Assembly (NCBI GenBank): GCA_050084985.1
Contig: JBITNC010000001.1
Location: 134,912,001-134,976,000, forward strand
Origin: Nageia nagi
Taxonomy: Eukaryota > Plantae > Pinophyta
DNA length: 64,000 nt
Direction: 5' to 3'
Each line of letters starts with the position of its first letter. Position 1 is the stretch's first letter. Made by a program: the position numbers and the translations under genes. Of this stretch, positions 52,819 to 64,000 are shown one piece after another. The notes under the pieces are model-generated. The model searched no databases. It had not been told where the DNA came from and saw only the letters and a list, made by a program, of their open reading frames with translations.

Positions 52819-55649
52819 TTTGTGGCTTGATTGAAGAGGTTGATTGTGAACATGAGATGATTGATTAAGTGGATGATGGAAAGGTTGGTTATGAAGATCA
52901 CATTATTGTTGTTTTTGTTCAACAACTACATTGGTAATTGGAGCAGGGTTGATGTTTTGATCATGATGATCAAGCTTGATACGACCCTCAACAATTGCAA
53001 GATTTTCAAGTTTTTGAGCTATGATGAAGGCATGCTCGAAAGATTGAAATGAACAGATTTGTAGGGTTGAAGCATCATATGTTTGGCACATGATGTCACA
53101 AATATGTTGATGAGCTCACTCTTAGGTATGGTGAAGGTAAGATTGTTGACTATCTTCCTCCATGAAAATACATAGTTGACCAAGGATTCATGGTTAGATT
53201 GTTTGATTGAAAGTAGATCAATGATGGAAGTTTTCTTAGGTATGTTGAGGGCATAATATTCCAAGAATTGTGAGGCCAATTGATTGAAAGCAAAGATTGT
53301 ATGACGAGGCAAGTTGTTGTATCAATCAAGAGCTTTTTTTAGCAAGAGTCAAAAGCAAAGTACATAACATAAGTACATCATCATGATTAATTAGATAACA
53401 TGCGTATTTGAATGATTGAAGATGATGTTGAGGATTTTCCTTACCCGTGAATTTTGCAAGTGTAGTTACTTGAAAGTAAGTTGGATAAGGTCTGATTGGA
53501 ACAATTGGATGAATAGGTTCATTGATAATTGATTCATAAGATGATTTCTAATTTTGGCTCATGAAATGATCCTCAAGATTTTGAAGTCTATTTTAAAGTA
53601 TTTGAATCATATCTTGAGGTATGGGAGTTTGATTGATTGACCAGATAAGAAGCCTGAGGACATGATGGAATGATATCTGATTGAGATGAGGTAAAGATTG
53701 GTCATAAAGGGATATAAGTGATTGACTCAGAAGGTATGGTGATTGATGTGATGAAACTTCTAAATTTGATTGAGGAGTCCTGGTTGGGGAGAAAGAAGCA
53801 TGATTGATTGAGATTTTGCTCCTTCAATGGATTGATATGGAGTGGAAGAAGGTTGAGGCTTAGGATTAGACCTTGATTGAAGTGGTTGAACTTGAGATAA
53901 AAATGAAATATGAGGTCTAAATGAAGTTGGAGGTTCAAGAGTGGATGAAGATGGAAATGATTGGCCTTCAATGAGGTGAAGTTTCTCTTTTAGATTCGAC
54001 CTGTGGTAAGGACAAAGGAGTCAAAGTACTAGACTTAAAAGGGTCATGAGATTCAATAAGAGGGTTTGTGGACTCGACTATGGAGAGAGGAAAAGACCTT
54101 GGTTCAACAATGTGTGACAAGACTCAGATTGATAGGGGTGGAAATTGCTGGATGGATAGGGTGGAGAAAATGTTTTCTCTCTTTTTGGTTTGAGTGCTTT
54201 TTGTTCTCAAAGTAAATCCAGATAATAGTGCAAAGAAGAGATAATTTATGAGGATGAAATCCATAGCCGAAAGATTGCTTGTGTTATTTATAATGAAGAA
54301 ATGATCTTTCTTTTTTAGAAAGCAAAGATATGAAAGGATTTGAAAAAGTAATAAGAAACAGTCCTATATGCTCTTTGATGCAATCTTGATATGTTTGTTT
54401 TTGCGTAGAAGTGATTCTAGGCAATTGTTCAACAAAGTAGGTTGGTGATCTATAGGATTGGTTTATCAAACTTTCATCAACATCCTCATTTACACAACTT
54501 CCAATGGGCATAGTGATCAACTATTATATGTGGAGCATCCCCACAACGAGATGCGATCACTTGTGATCCAAAGGAGGGTAAAGATTTATTTGGGGCTAAC
54601 TGACCCAAGTGACAGATGAAAACTAACGGTCGATGGCTTCGTACGAATAGTTTAGGCTTAAAAAGATCAAATGAGTCCTCTACCTTTCGGTGTGTGAGGT
54701 CCAAATTTGTTGAGTGAGCAGTTCACAGGCCTAAGTATTGGGGCATATCCCCCCATTTCATCACACCTAAATAAATGGTTTGGGGACTTAGCCAATCGAA
54801 ACCCTCACATGCCTTATTTATACTCGTTTGAAACAACCATACATCAAATTTGTAAACTAAATAAAGGAATTTCAATATTACACCATTATGGGTAGAGATA
54901 CCTAGGTGTATGATATAAAAGGTCTATTTCTAGCATATAGATTTAATATGATGTTGATATGATTGAAAATCTGTAAAAGTAATTTAATCAATTTAGATAT
55001 TTAAAAGAGTTAAGTTATTATTTTTTATTTTTTATTGATTGTTGATGTCATTAGGACTGTTTGATTTATTTAATTTTTTTTTTACATTTAATGGTTTTAA
55101 ATTTAAATATTCTAATTTAAAATTTATACATTTTAAATTTACAAGCTTCTTTAATTTGAAATTTAAATGTTATAGCATCAATTATTTTTAAATGTTAAAT
55201 TTTAAAAAAATGTTTTAAATTTAATTAATTAATTTATCTATTTAAAGTTAAAGTAAAATTAAATTTATTCATTTATGTTTTTTAATATAAATTTAAAAAA
55301 AAAATCACTAATGTGTTACTTGTCGTCATTCACTCGTCCCTCAAATTGGGCTTGCCCTCCTCGTTGTACTTGAAATGAACAAGCTTAACATTGTATGTTA
55401 GTTTTGATTTTTGACTTGTAAAATATCAATTTATATTTGTATAAATAAAATTAATTATAAAGTTTGATTATATAAAATTTTGTTTTAATATTTTGATTTT
55501 GTATTTTAATGTAATAATATTTCAATTTTATATATTTATTAATTTATTTGTAGAATTCAATTTCTTCAAAATAAATATTTGTATGTACTATATATTTAAT
55601 TACTTGTATATTTCTGAACCAAACCTTTTTCAAAATCTCAAACTTTTAA

Positions 55650-57360
55650 ACTTTTTTTGTCTTCCGTTTGAACCAATCTTGCCGAACTTGGTAACTATAG
55701 TTGTGACGAAGAGGGGGGAAACCTCTAACAATCTCATTGAATAGCTTTGTAAGAGGGAAGGTAAGTGCATCTACACAATATTTGAGGAACTCTGTTTGAA
55801 GACTTTCACAATCTACTGCTTTGCTAGTGCACAACTTCCGAATGACTCTTTGTATTTCCCCTGGGTGGAATAATTGATAGGAAGTGGGAGGCAAAGAGAC
55901 TTGTAGAACTTAAATATCGTAATGAGAGCTAGTGTAGGAAATCCATGTATAAGGGCCAATGTTTGATGGGGGAGGTTTCCTTTGGAGGAGGGAACGCCAC
56001 AAGACCTTAGGAGAGTGGTCAAGAGTCAATGAACAAAGGTCATGGAGAGAGCAAAGGTCAAAGCTGTATGATTTGCCAAGGGGAGATGGTGAGAGACATG
56101 AAGGTCATGGATGTGGGAATCAAAGGTATGTTGGCAAGGATGTAGTCCACCACACTCTCACCTCCACTATGGGGGAAATAGTGAATCTGCTGGAATTCGG
56201 AAAGCAAGATAGCCTATTAAGAATATAGAGACCTTGTGATTCACCAACCTCAAGAAGATGCCTCTCACAAGTTATAACATGACCATTCTTGTCTGTAGAA
56301 GTTCTCTATAAGCCAAAATCCTCAAGATCCAACTCTCTAAGATCTCTAGGTAAAGGTCCATGTATGGGTCACCATTAGTGTGCACAACAAAGAATGATGA
56401 AGCTAGTGGAAACTAACACATGGTGAAGACATCATAGCAAAGGGGTTGACCTCTCCGAACTTGAAGCCATATGTATCGTGAATGGGTTTCAATTATTAAC
56501 AATGAGACTTGAGATCAATGGCGATTGAAATGAGATAAACCATACCTCTAGATTTGTGCACACCTCCTAACCTTCTAGTCTCTTGTTTGAAAGCTAAAAT
56601 CCAATAGTAGCTTGTGATAGTGGGGAGTGCCCATTCAAGGCTCTCATGAGTCTCAATGAGAAAGACAAGGTCTCGTGAGGAGATCACATCCTGGAAGGTA
56701 CCTGGAGAAAACCCACTGCACCATTATACTTCCAACAAACAATATCCTTCTTGTCATTGCTGACTAAGGCACGAGCTTTGTGAAACTCTTCCATTTGAAA
56801 TCTTATGAGTTATGAGATATTCATCCAAGTAAATTCTCTATGAGAGAGAAAATAGTTTTCTTTCCTTGTAATCACGACTAAGGCACGAGCTTTGTGAAGC
56901 TCTTCCATTTGAAGTCTAATGAGTTATGAGATCTTCATCCAAGTAAATTCTCTATGAGAGAGAAAATAGTTTCTTCTTTGCTTGCAAGGCCTATAAATGG
57001 TCCTTTGCTGATAGGAACCAAAAAACTAGAGTGTTATTAGGAGTTGTTCAAGTTTTATCCAAAGAAATATTTTTCAAGTCTAGATCATCGTGTAAAAAAG
57101 TGTGACAAGCCTGTAGAGAAGTGTTGTTTTGAGGAAGGCTGTGAACTTGAAGATTGAGTTTCTTGGCATGGTGTACCCTCTTTTCTTCAAATTTAGCTTG
57201 CACTACCATTTCAACCACAAGAGGAGTCATCTTACCTTTGACCACTTGCATCCATGAATTGTGTTCTTGTTAGAGTGTTCCAAATTCGTTTTGTTGATTT
57301 GAATTCTTCCTTTAACGTTCTTCCATTTCTTTCCAGCTAAATTTTCCTATAGATAAGTTG
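55650..57360 (-). mobile_element. LINE remnant (ORF1, endonuclease, RT start)
   Basis: RDLVFLIETH (EN), IRKL.TSKAVD.ESLQ.EFLK...LTKLFN (pre-RT); contains a 114-bp tandem duplication at 56762/56876. Confidence 0.75.
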
Positions 57361-57399
57361 TGATCCTAGATCCCATGCATGTTTTATCTCTTTGGATAT

Positions 57400-57960
57400 G
57401 AACATGTTGGCATTACAGTAATCCCAAAATGAGTTTATGATAGGGATTGGGGTCCCCACTTGGTTGAAAGTTTGATACCACAAGCTCCATACTGTTTTGG
57501 CATAGGAGCACACGGATAGGAGTTAAGACATTGTTTCCTCTTTTCTATTACACATTATGCATCAATTGGGCCCTTTAAAATTTTAAATCCTCTTTGGTGC
57601 AGATTGTCCTAAGTCAGGATGCTGTTGTGGGCCACTTTATACGAGAAACAGTTTATCTTTGTCCATCGCTTGGGTTGCCATAGCATTAGCCAGGGTAGTG
57701 GCCTATGGGTTGCAGGGAGAGAAGTGATAGATTTATAACCTTCTTCAACTGAATAAATCTCATGAGTTCCGTGTCCCCATGCTATCCTGTCTTGTCCATT
57801 CCTCCTCAGCCAGGATCTCTTGATCAAGATATCATGCAACTCTCTTTTTTCATCCTCCCATCCTTTGCATGGCCATTCCTTGGGAGGTTGCCATTGCCAT
57901 GTAATATCTTATATTTAAAGATAACTATGGTGTGTTGTTTTCCTAATCGATTAAATATTT
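57400..57960 (-). mobile_element. LINE 3' fragment (zf-RVT region)
   Basis: YSVEEGYKSI...W..LW.PK...KINCF.YKVAHNSILT.DNL..RGF. Confidence 0.75.
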
Positions 57961-58257
57961 TGGTTGGTGATCTAATCACTTTAATCTTTTGGCTCAAATG
58001 TTATTTATTTTAGAAAAAACAAAGACTGGCAAGAATCATGATGTATGCTTTCAAATATCTATTGCACACTGGTTAACAAAGACTGGCAAGAATCTTCATG
58101 CATGCTTCCAAATATATATTTCATACTGATTCCGTGGTGATAATTGCCCTTTGTTATATGATTATTTATTTTGTTAAACTTCGCAGATTTTTTCTTACAT
58201 AAGATGTGTATTTGTTTTTTCTAAAATCTTCTGTTATTTGGGGTTGATTCATAACAG

Positions 58258-58307
58258 AACAAATCAAGGTGAAGCACCCAATTATTACTTATGCGGATCT
58301 ATACCAG
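58258..58307 (+). CDS. APX3: Ascorbate peroxidase exon 3 (50 nt)
   Basis: taacag|AA CAA ATC: (E)QIKVKHPIITYADLYQ|gtgagc; phase matches exon 2. Confidence 0.95.
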
Positions 58308-59300
58308 GTGAGCAACTGTTTGGCACCATCTATGATATGAGTTCGTAAAGAACTGGTTTTCATATTGAACATGCTGAGTTTTGTAAGCAGATAGATAGCA
58401 CAAGTAGTTTAGTTTGAAAGAAAAGTAACTTGGTGGTAGAGGAGTTTGCCAATGAACCCTTGCTTGAATGTCTTATTTGATGATTCTTATAATCTTGTAG
58501 CTGCACTCTGTTGTTAAACTTTTACAGAATGTTGAGGAACTTAAGTAGTTTTAAAACGGTAATTTTTCTTTTTCTTTTCATTGGTATCATATCTAAGGTA
58601 GATTTGCATGATCACTGATGTTCATTACCATAGATGAACTCATCTGGAAACAAGCACAATTGATTCAAATAGGTGTTGCTCCATTAAATATAAAAATAAT
58701 GGCCTGAAAAATATCCAGTTCTTTACCCAGAGCCTAAGATTAATTAAACACTTCTTCAAATTAGAAGTATATTGCCATCTTGGGAATGCAGGGTGGAGAG
58801 AATAAAATGCAGAGGGAATTATTTCTTTTCAGTTTTATCCAAGATCCATATTCATAGAAGTAGAATTATTTGAAAAATAATTGATCTCATTAGATATTTG
58901 TAAGAGTTTAGTCTAAGCTTAGCTAAAACAGTTGGCCAGCAGGAATCTCAACTAAAATAATTCTACAAATAACGGTGGAAGCCTTCTCAACAGGCCTTTA
59001 AGAACTTTAGATGACCCATTGGTCATGGTCATGTTGACTGCCTACTCTAAGATTTGGAATCCTGCATTGCTTTAAGTTGTTAGCAATCGGGATCATATTC
59101 ATCCTTTGTACTATGGCCTCTATCTCAAGGACTTCCTAAATCAATGGCATATGTATCTCAAATTTGATATGAATTTTTGCTTAATCCATTTATGCTTTTA
59201 TGGGATTTGGATTTTGGTTGAGTATCTACGTATGTGACAACAGCTAAGTATCAATTAAAATCAATATACTGATGTATATGTATTTTAATCTCCTTTTTAG

Positions 59301-59366
59301 CTGGCTGGTGTAGTTGCTGTTGAGGTCACTGGAGGTCCTACAGTAGATTTTGTTCCTGGACGTAAG
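59301..59366 (+). CDS. APX3: Ascorbate peroxidase exon 4
   Basis: tttttag|LAGVVAVEVTGGPTVDFVPGRK|gtgaat. Confidence 0.97.
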
Positions 59367-59454
59367 GTGAATGTGCAATAGACTCTGTTTCTAATGGACT
59401 CCATTTTAAATTTATTATGATAAATATTTTATGTTTTGCTTCCTTTTAATTTAG

Positions 59455-59503
59455 GATTCTCTGGCATCACCTCGTGAAGGGCGGCTTCCTGATGCTAAAA
59501 AAG
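59455..59503 (+). CDS. APX3: Ascorbate peroxidase exon 5; gene continues beyond the window
   Basis: atttag|DSLASPREGRLPDAKK G|gtttct. Confidence 0.96.
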
Positions 59504-59829
59504 GTTTCTTACAATCTTTGTATTACTTGTCTGAACTTTCCAATACGTTTTTGATACTTTTAACATATACACTGAATGTTGCATAGATTCCTGAATGTAT
59601 TTTTGATTGTTTGCTGTGCCTGGGATGACTTAATTATGCACCAGTATTCACTAAATTATGAGACAATCTCTGTAATCTGCTAAAAATGGAAATACCAAGT
59701 TAATAGTGAGCACTAGTCTGTTTCCTGTTTCAATATTTAGGGGAGTAAAATTACCAGTAACTAAGATTAGTTATAAAATACTCCATTCTCAAATAGTGCC
59801 GAGTTGTCTATTCAAATGCTATATCAGGT

Positions 59830-60900
59830 AACATTATCATATTTATTTTACAATTACAAATCTGTAATTGAATCAGAGATGTTTTCTTCTTGGCCAAATG
59901 GAGATCAGAGGTTCTTTCATCCCTACATACCAAACCCAAATCCTTTTGGCACTCCTTCCTTTCCAAAAAGCACACTTCAAACTCCATCACCCTCCATGCC
60001 TGGAAAGAGTATGCCGCTCATCTTTATGATGTCCCTTTTCGAACCCCACCCCTTCACTTCTCCCATCCTCTCACCTCGGACTTCTTTTCCCCCTCTCTTG
60101 TCCATGATGCTATCCTGAAACTCAACTCAGGGAAATCCCCATACATTGAGAACCTTCAGGTCGAGTTCCTCAAACACGCAAAACTCACCCTTGCCTCTTC
60201 CTCTCCAAGCTTTTCAATAATGTCATTTGCTCTGGTTTTCCTCATCCTGGACCACTAACATTATCCACCCCCTTTTCAAGTTCGGAGACCCCAGTGAATC
60301 AAGTAACTACTGCACAATCATGATTGATCACACTTTGGCCAAGTTATATGCCACTATAATTGAGGAGTACATTTCTCGGATGGACGATGTCAGAGGAATC
60401 AAAGTAGGAGGATAGGCAGGTTTGCCCCCTCTTTGAGGTACATTTCAGCCTTTATATTGACGAGTTGAGTCCTTTATTCTAGAGTCTACGGAGTTGGATA
60501 TACGATGCCTCCTTCATGGTATCAGAGTACCCATCCTCTTTGCAAATGATATCGTTGTACTTTCCCATTCAATAGAGGGCTTACATAGATTGATTGATAC
60601 AGTAGACTTCTTCAGTGCTAGGCAAGAGTTTGTGGTGAACCTTAGTATGACTAAGTATGACTAAGGCTATGGCCTTCAATGTTTCGAGAGCTACGTTAGA
60701 CCAAACCCATATCACCTTCCGTGATAATACCATTGAGACCACCACCTTATACACCTACGTGGGAATGCTTGCTACTAGTCCCAGGTTCTCCATGAGGACA
60801 ACAACCCCAAAGAGTCTATCAAGGTTACACTACAGTATCTACCTTAGAAAGATAGTGCATTCAACTACACTTCGAAGACATTCTATCCTGTTGTGACTAG
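59830..60900 (+). mobile_element. LINE RT fragment, same broad family as 55650-57360
   Basis: KLNSGKSPYIENLQVEFLKH, W.T.IIHPLFK.GDP...SNY.TIM, G.PL...F.LYIDEL, ILFANDIV (YADD-like). Confidence 0.85.
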
Positions 60901-62760
60901 CGTAACATGCCCTAAAATCTTGTGATTTTGGGGACCCACAACAACTTTTATTCGCACAATGTCATGTCCATGTCACGCCTATAGTGAAGCTTTGACCACT
61001 TGGTTATCATGTCTACCATCTTGAACCTAAGCATTACAATTCACCTAGTCTTAGCCATGATAGATAAAGCCCAAAATTTCCAAGAAAATGACTAAGCTTG
61101 GAAGCAATAAGTCAAGCCTAGGCGAAGTTAGGGGACCTAGGTCAAGTCTGAACCAGAGTAGGGCGAAGAGCAACCTCCAACAAGCTTGGCGCACATCTCC
61201 AAAAGACATGATTTTGTTTTCTTGTGGCATGCACCTGATCGGGAAGAGGAGCAAATCGAAGTGTTGAGGCAAAGAGGCCAATCTGGCTCTCCCAGAGACT
61301 CAGGGCATGTTTCAAAAAGACTATTTTTCTTTCTGTGGCATGCACCTAGATCAGGAGGCCACCTAGGACAAGGTTGAGATCGAACAAGCAAAATTGGAAC
61401 ACCCTGGGGCTGAGCGCACCTCTCAAAAAGACAATATTTTGTCTTTTTGTGGCATGCGCCCAAGACATAAAGCCACCCAAATCGAGCTCGAGGCAAAATT
61501 TGACTAAGGCATGAACTTTCGAGATTAGCATCCGACATAGATAGGTACAAGAGGGCAAGCACATGCTCCCAAAAGACAAAATTTGGGCTTTTTGTGGCAT
61601 GTGCCCAGCCAAGGAGGAGCTCAGGTTGAGGAGAAAGGTAAAATTTTGGTTAAGTCCTGCACTTGGAGGTCCGAAACAAGCAAATCTGGGTGTCAGGAGG
61701 TAAGTGCACCCAAAAAAAAAGACAAAATCTTGTCTTTTTCTAGCATGCGTTCAAGCTGGGATGATTGGTAGGGTGGGTGCATTAGAAAAAAAGAAAAAAA
61801 ATTGACTTTCTGTAGCATGTGCCCAAACTGGGGAGACTATCAAGTCTGTTGCATTGAAAAAAAAGACAAAATCTTGACTTTTTCTGGCATGCTCCAAGTT
61901 CAAGTAGACAAAACAAGTCTATTGAATCCGAAAAAAGACAAGATTGTGACTTTTTTTGGCATGCTTAAAGCTTGGAAAGGCTTCAGGAAGCATTCGAGGT
62001 GAAATCTAGAGGGGCCTGGGTGTAGGAGAAGGTGAAGTCACGAAGAGCTTGAGTAAAATAATCATGCACACAAGATGGCCAGATTTCAAAGACAGGGTCC
62101 TAGGTTGTCCCTATGATACATGGAGGCTACTATATTGCTCTCATAGGTGCCAAAAGGTAAACATGTCAAGCCAGGGGTTACAAAGTTAGAGAAGATGGAC
62201 AAGTTCGAGTGCACCTGAAGAGCATAGAGGCGTGGTGTTATAGTTGTAACAATTTAATATAATTTAATTTTATTGCAGTTTATTTTAAATTTGGATTTCA
62301 AAGAATTTTTAAATTTGGTTCAGCCTTATGACGAATGAGGATTTGCTCCCACAAGTGTTGGAACAAATCTTGTAACACCATGTTGCAATTTCTTATTGGA
62401 CCATATTTTATTTTCTCGAAGAATGCATTAGGGTTAAGACAACACTTAGGGTTGCCATAAAAAAACTATAAATAGCCCTTAAGGGCTCATTTGTTACGGT
62501 TAGACATTTTGCAATTTGAAGACTTTTGCATATTTTCTTGCTAATACACAAAGTTTCTTTCAAATTGTGAATGTGGTGTACTTGTAATTGATCACTATTT
62601 GCTCTCATGTGTTGCAACTTTGAATGGTGAATGAATGTTAATGATCCTTGGTGAATACTATTGCTATCCTTTGCTCCTTCGACTCACTTGGTGCATTTCA
62701 TAAATCTTTATAAGGTGGATGAAATAACATTGCATATCTCTTGAAGTGGTTGAAGTAGTA
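60901..62760. mobile_element. Large LTR-like sequence with internal palindromic repeats; right end uncertain
   Basis: Starts cgtaacatgccc (degenerate TGTAAC); recurring aaaagaca....tgtcttttt.tggcatg units 61190-61970; ctataaata at 62467. Confidence 0.5.
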
Positions 62761-63226
62761 TTGTGTAGGCAATAATTCATATTTTGCATTGTAGGCATAT
62801 GCATCTTGGAATGGCTCCGCTCTGTTGCTTACTATAGGGACTTTAACCCGTTTGTCTTGGACTACCTTCACTCAATCACTCACTGTCTTTGCCATAGCTT
62901 CACGCTCCTTCCACTTGACCATTCGTGTTGTTGGCTAGTGGGACGGATTTAGAATGCATGGAACCTACATCGAGCCCTAATAAGTCGACTTCCAATACCC
63001 TACATAAGATTGTGAGTACACATGCGTTTGTTCCATCCTTGTACCCACCATCTATCCATCTTTTTTCTTTTATTTTTCACTTTCTTTGCGCAACCTTTCG
63101 CACCCTTTTTTATTTTAGTATTTTTGGAAGCAACCTTGTCTAGCCATAAAGATAATCCGAGTCCTTGAGAAACAAATGGTATTTGTGTTGGTGGAAGCTT
63201 CAAACATCTTAGCCGTTCTGATACGA

Positions 63227-63627
63227 TGCTACAAATACGAAAGGGAAATATTGCAAAAATGTAAATGAATATCGATTTGAACAAGAAAATGACAACTAAT
63301 CTAATGGAAATAATAGAGCATGCATTGATAATAGAACACGAAATAGCAACAATAAGCAGATAAGGATAGGATTTTACTTAGTAGTAACATAATCATAGGC
63401 CGCTTCGAGGGGGCTACCTCCTTACAACTCCAAAATGAAAATAATGTTCAAGATCCATTTCTCTACACACTTTCGTCTATTTATAATATACTAACCCTAA
63501 CCCTAATAGTAATGCAAAATCGGGCCTAGCCCTTATAATCACAATATTACAGCTTACAATACAGGTTGACAATTTAATTAAAATAACTAATACTAACACT
63601 AAAATGTTAGGATATGGGATCCTAACA
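63227..63627 (-). repeat. Chromovirus LTR (~400 bp)
   Basis: TG at 63227 to cctaaca at 63627; PPT (aagaggggtggca on minus) adjacent on the right; PBS-like 12-mer adjacent on the left. Confidence 0.65.
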
Positions 63628-64000
63628 TGCCACCCCTCTTGGGATGAAGCTTTGTCCTCAAAGCTTGAATTGTGGAAATTGTTGCTGCAGCTAATGAAGT
63701 ATTTCCCATGTTGCATCTTCAGGTGCCATGCCTTGCTACTGCATAAGGACTTCTATGATGGTGCGGTTATGAAGCTGTCGTGAACGTTGATCCAAAATTG
63801 CCTCAGGTATGATTGCCACTGATCCATCCTCCACCAACTTAGGTAATTGTGTTTGAACCTGAACCTTCGATCCGACCACTTTCTTGAGACAGGAGACATG
63901 AAACATTGGGTGAATCTTGGAAGAAGCAGGAAGCTTCAATTTGTATGTTGTTGGGCCAATGCGCTATAATACCTTGTAGGGATCATAAAACTTTGGGGCC
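63628..64000 (-). mobile_element. Ty3/gypsy chromovirus integrase C-terminus plus chromodomain
   Basis: PKFY.PYKVL.RIGPTTYKLKLPASSKIHPMFHVSCLKK...PEAILDQR...EVLMQ..GMAPEDATWE. Confidence 0.93.

Larger units (their letters stand above)
47670..54960 (-). mobile_element. Heavily decayed, internally deleted gypsy element (non-chromovirus, Tat/Ogre-like)
   Basis: gag ORF 53019-53312 (FNQLASQFLEYY...DLLSIKQSNHESLVNYV.SWR); protease/RT traces ~49000-50600; LTR-like block ending ttttaggtgtctaca near 48708. Confidence 0.6.

Noticed and set aside
60517-60528. PBS-like tggtatcagagt
   Set aside because: Lies in-frame within LINE RT coding sequence just before the YADD-like motif; no LTR adjacent.
59504-64000. 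Further APX exons (HLRDVFYRMGL onward)
   Set aside because: Not found in the window; the C-terminal membrane anchor that would confirm peroxisomal targeting cannot be seen.

Overview
AT-rich, transposon-saturated plant nuclear DNA. The very long introns, decayed retroelements and PPR style suggest a gymnosperm-like genome (inference). The only intact host gene is the 5' part of a peroxisomal-type ascorbate peroxidase (APX3-like, + strand). Exons 1-5 lie at 25383-25498, 29807-29931, 58258-58307, 59301-59366 and 59455-59503, all with GT-AG introns and a continuous frame; intron 2 is 28,326 nt and the gene runs off the window. Upstream lie a decayed gypsy, two decayed copia elements and, between them, a probable ~15 kb composite CACTA element. 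That element carries transposase remnants, a telomere-like G-rich array, an unidentified spliced plus-strand gene remnant, and a tandemly amplified set of PLS-E/E+ PPR gene fragments that all end at the same fusion junction. The introns hold a near full-length L1-type LINE with a TSD and an adjacent empty-site copy, gypsy/LINE remnants, a ~183-bp satellite-like array, a long-range inverted repeat and many local duplications. I cannot demonstrate a new functional system; the CACTA/PPR/telomere-repeat composite is the best candidate for follow-up. TE boundaries are approximate unless a terminal motif is quoted.
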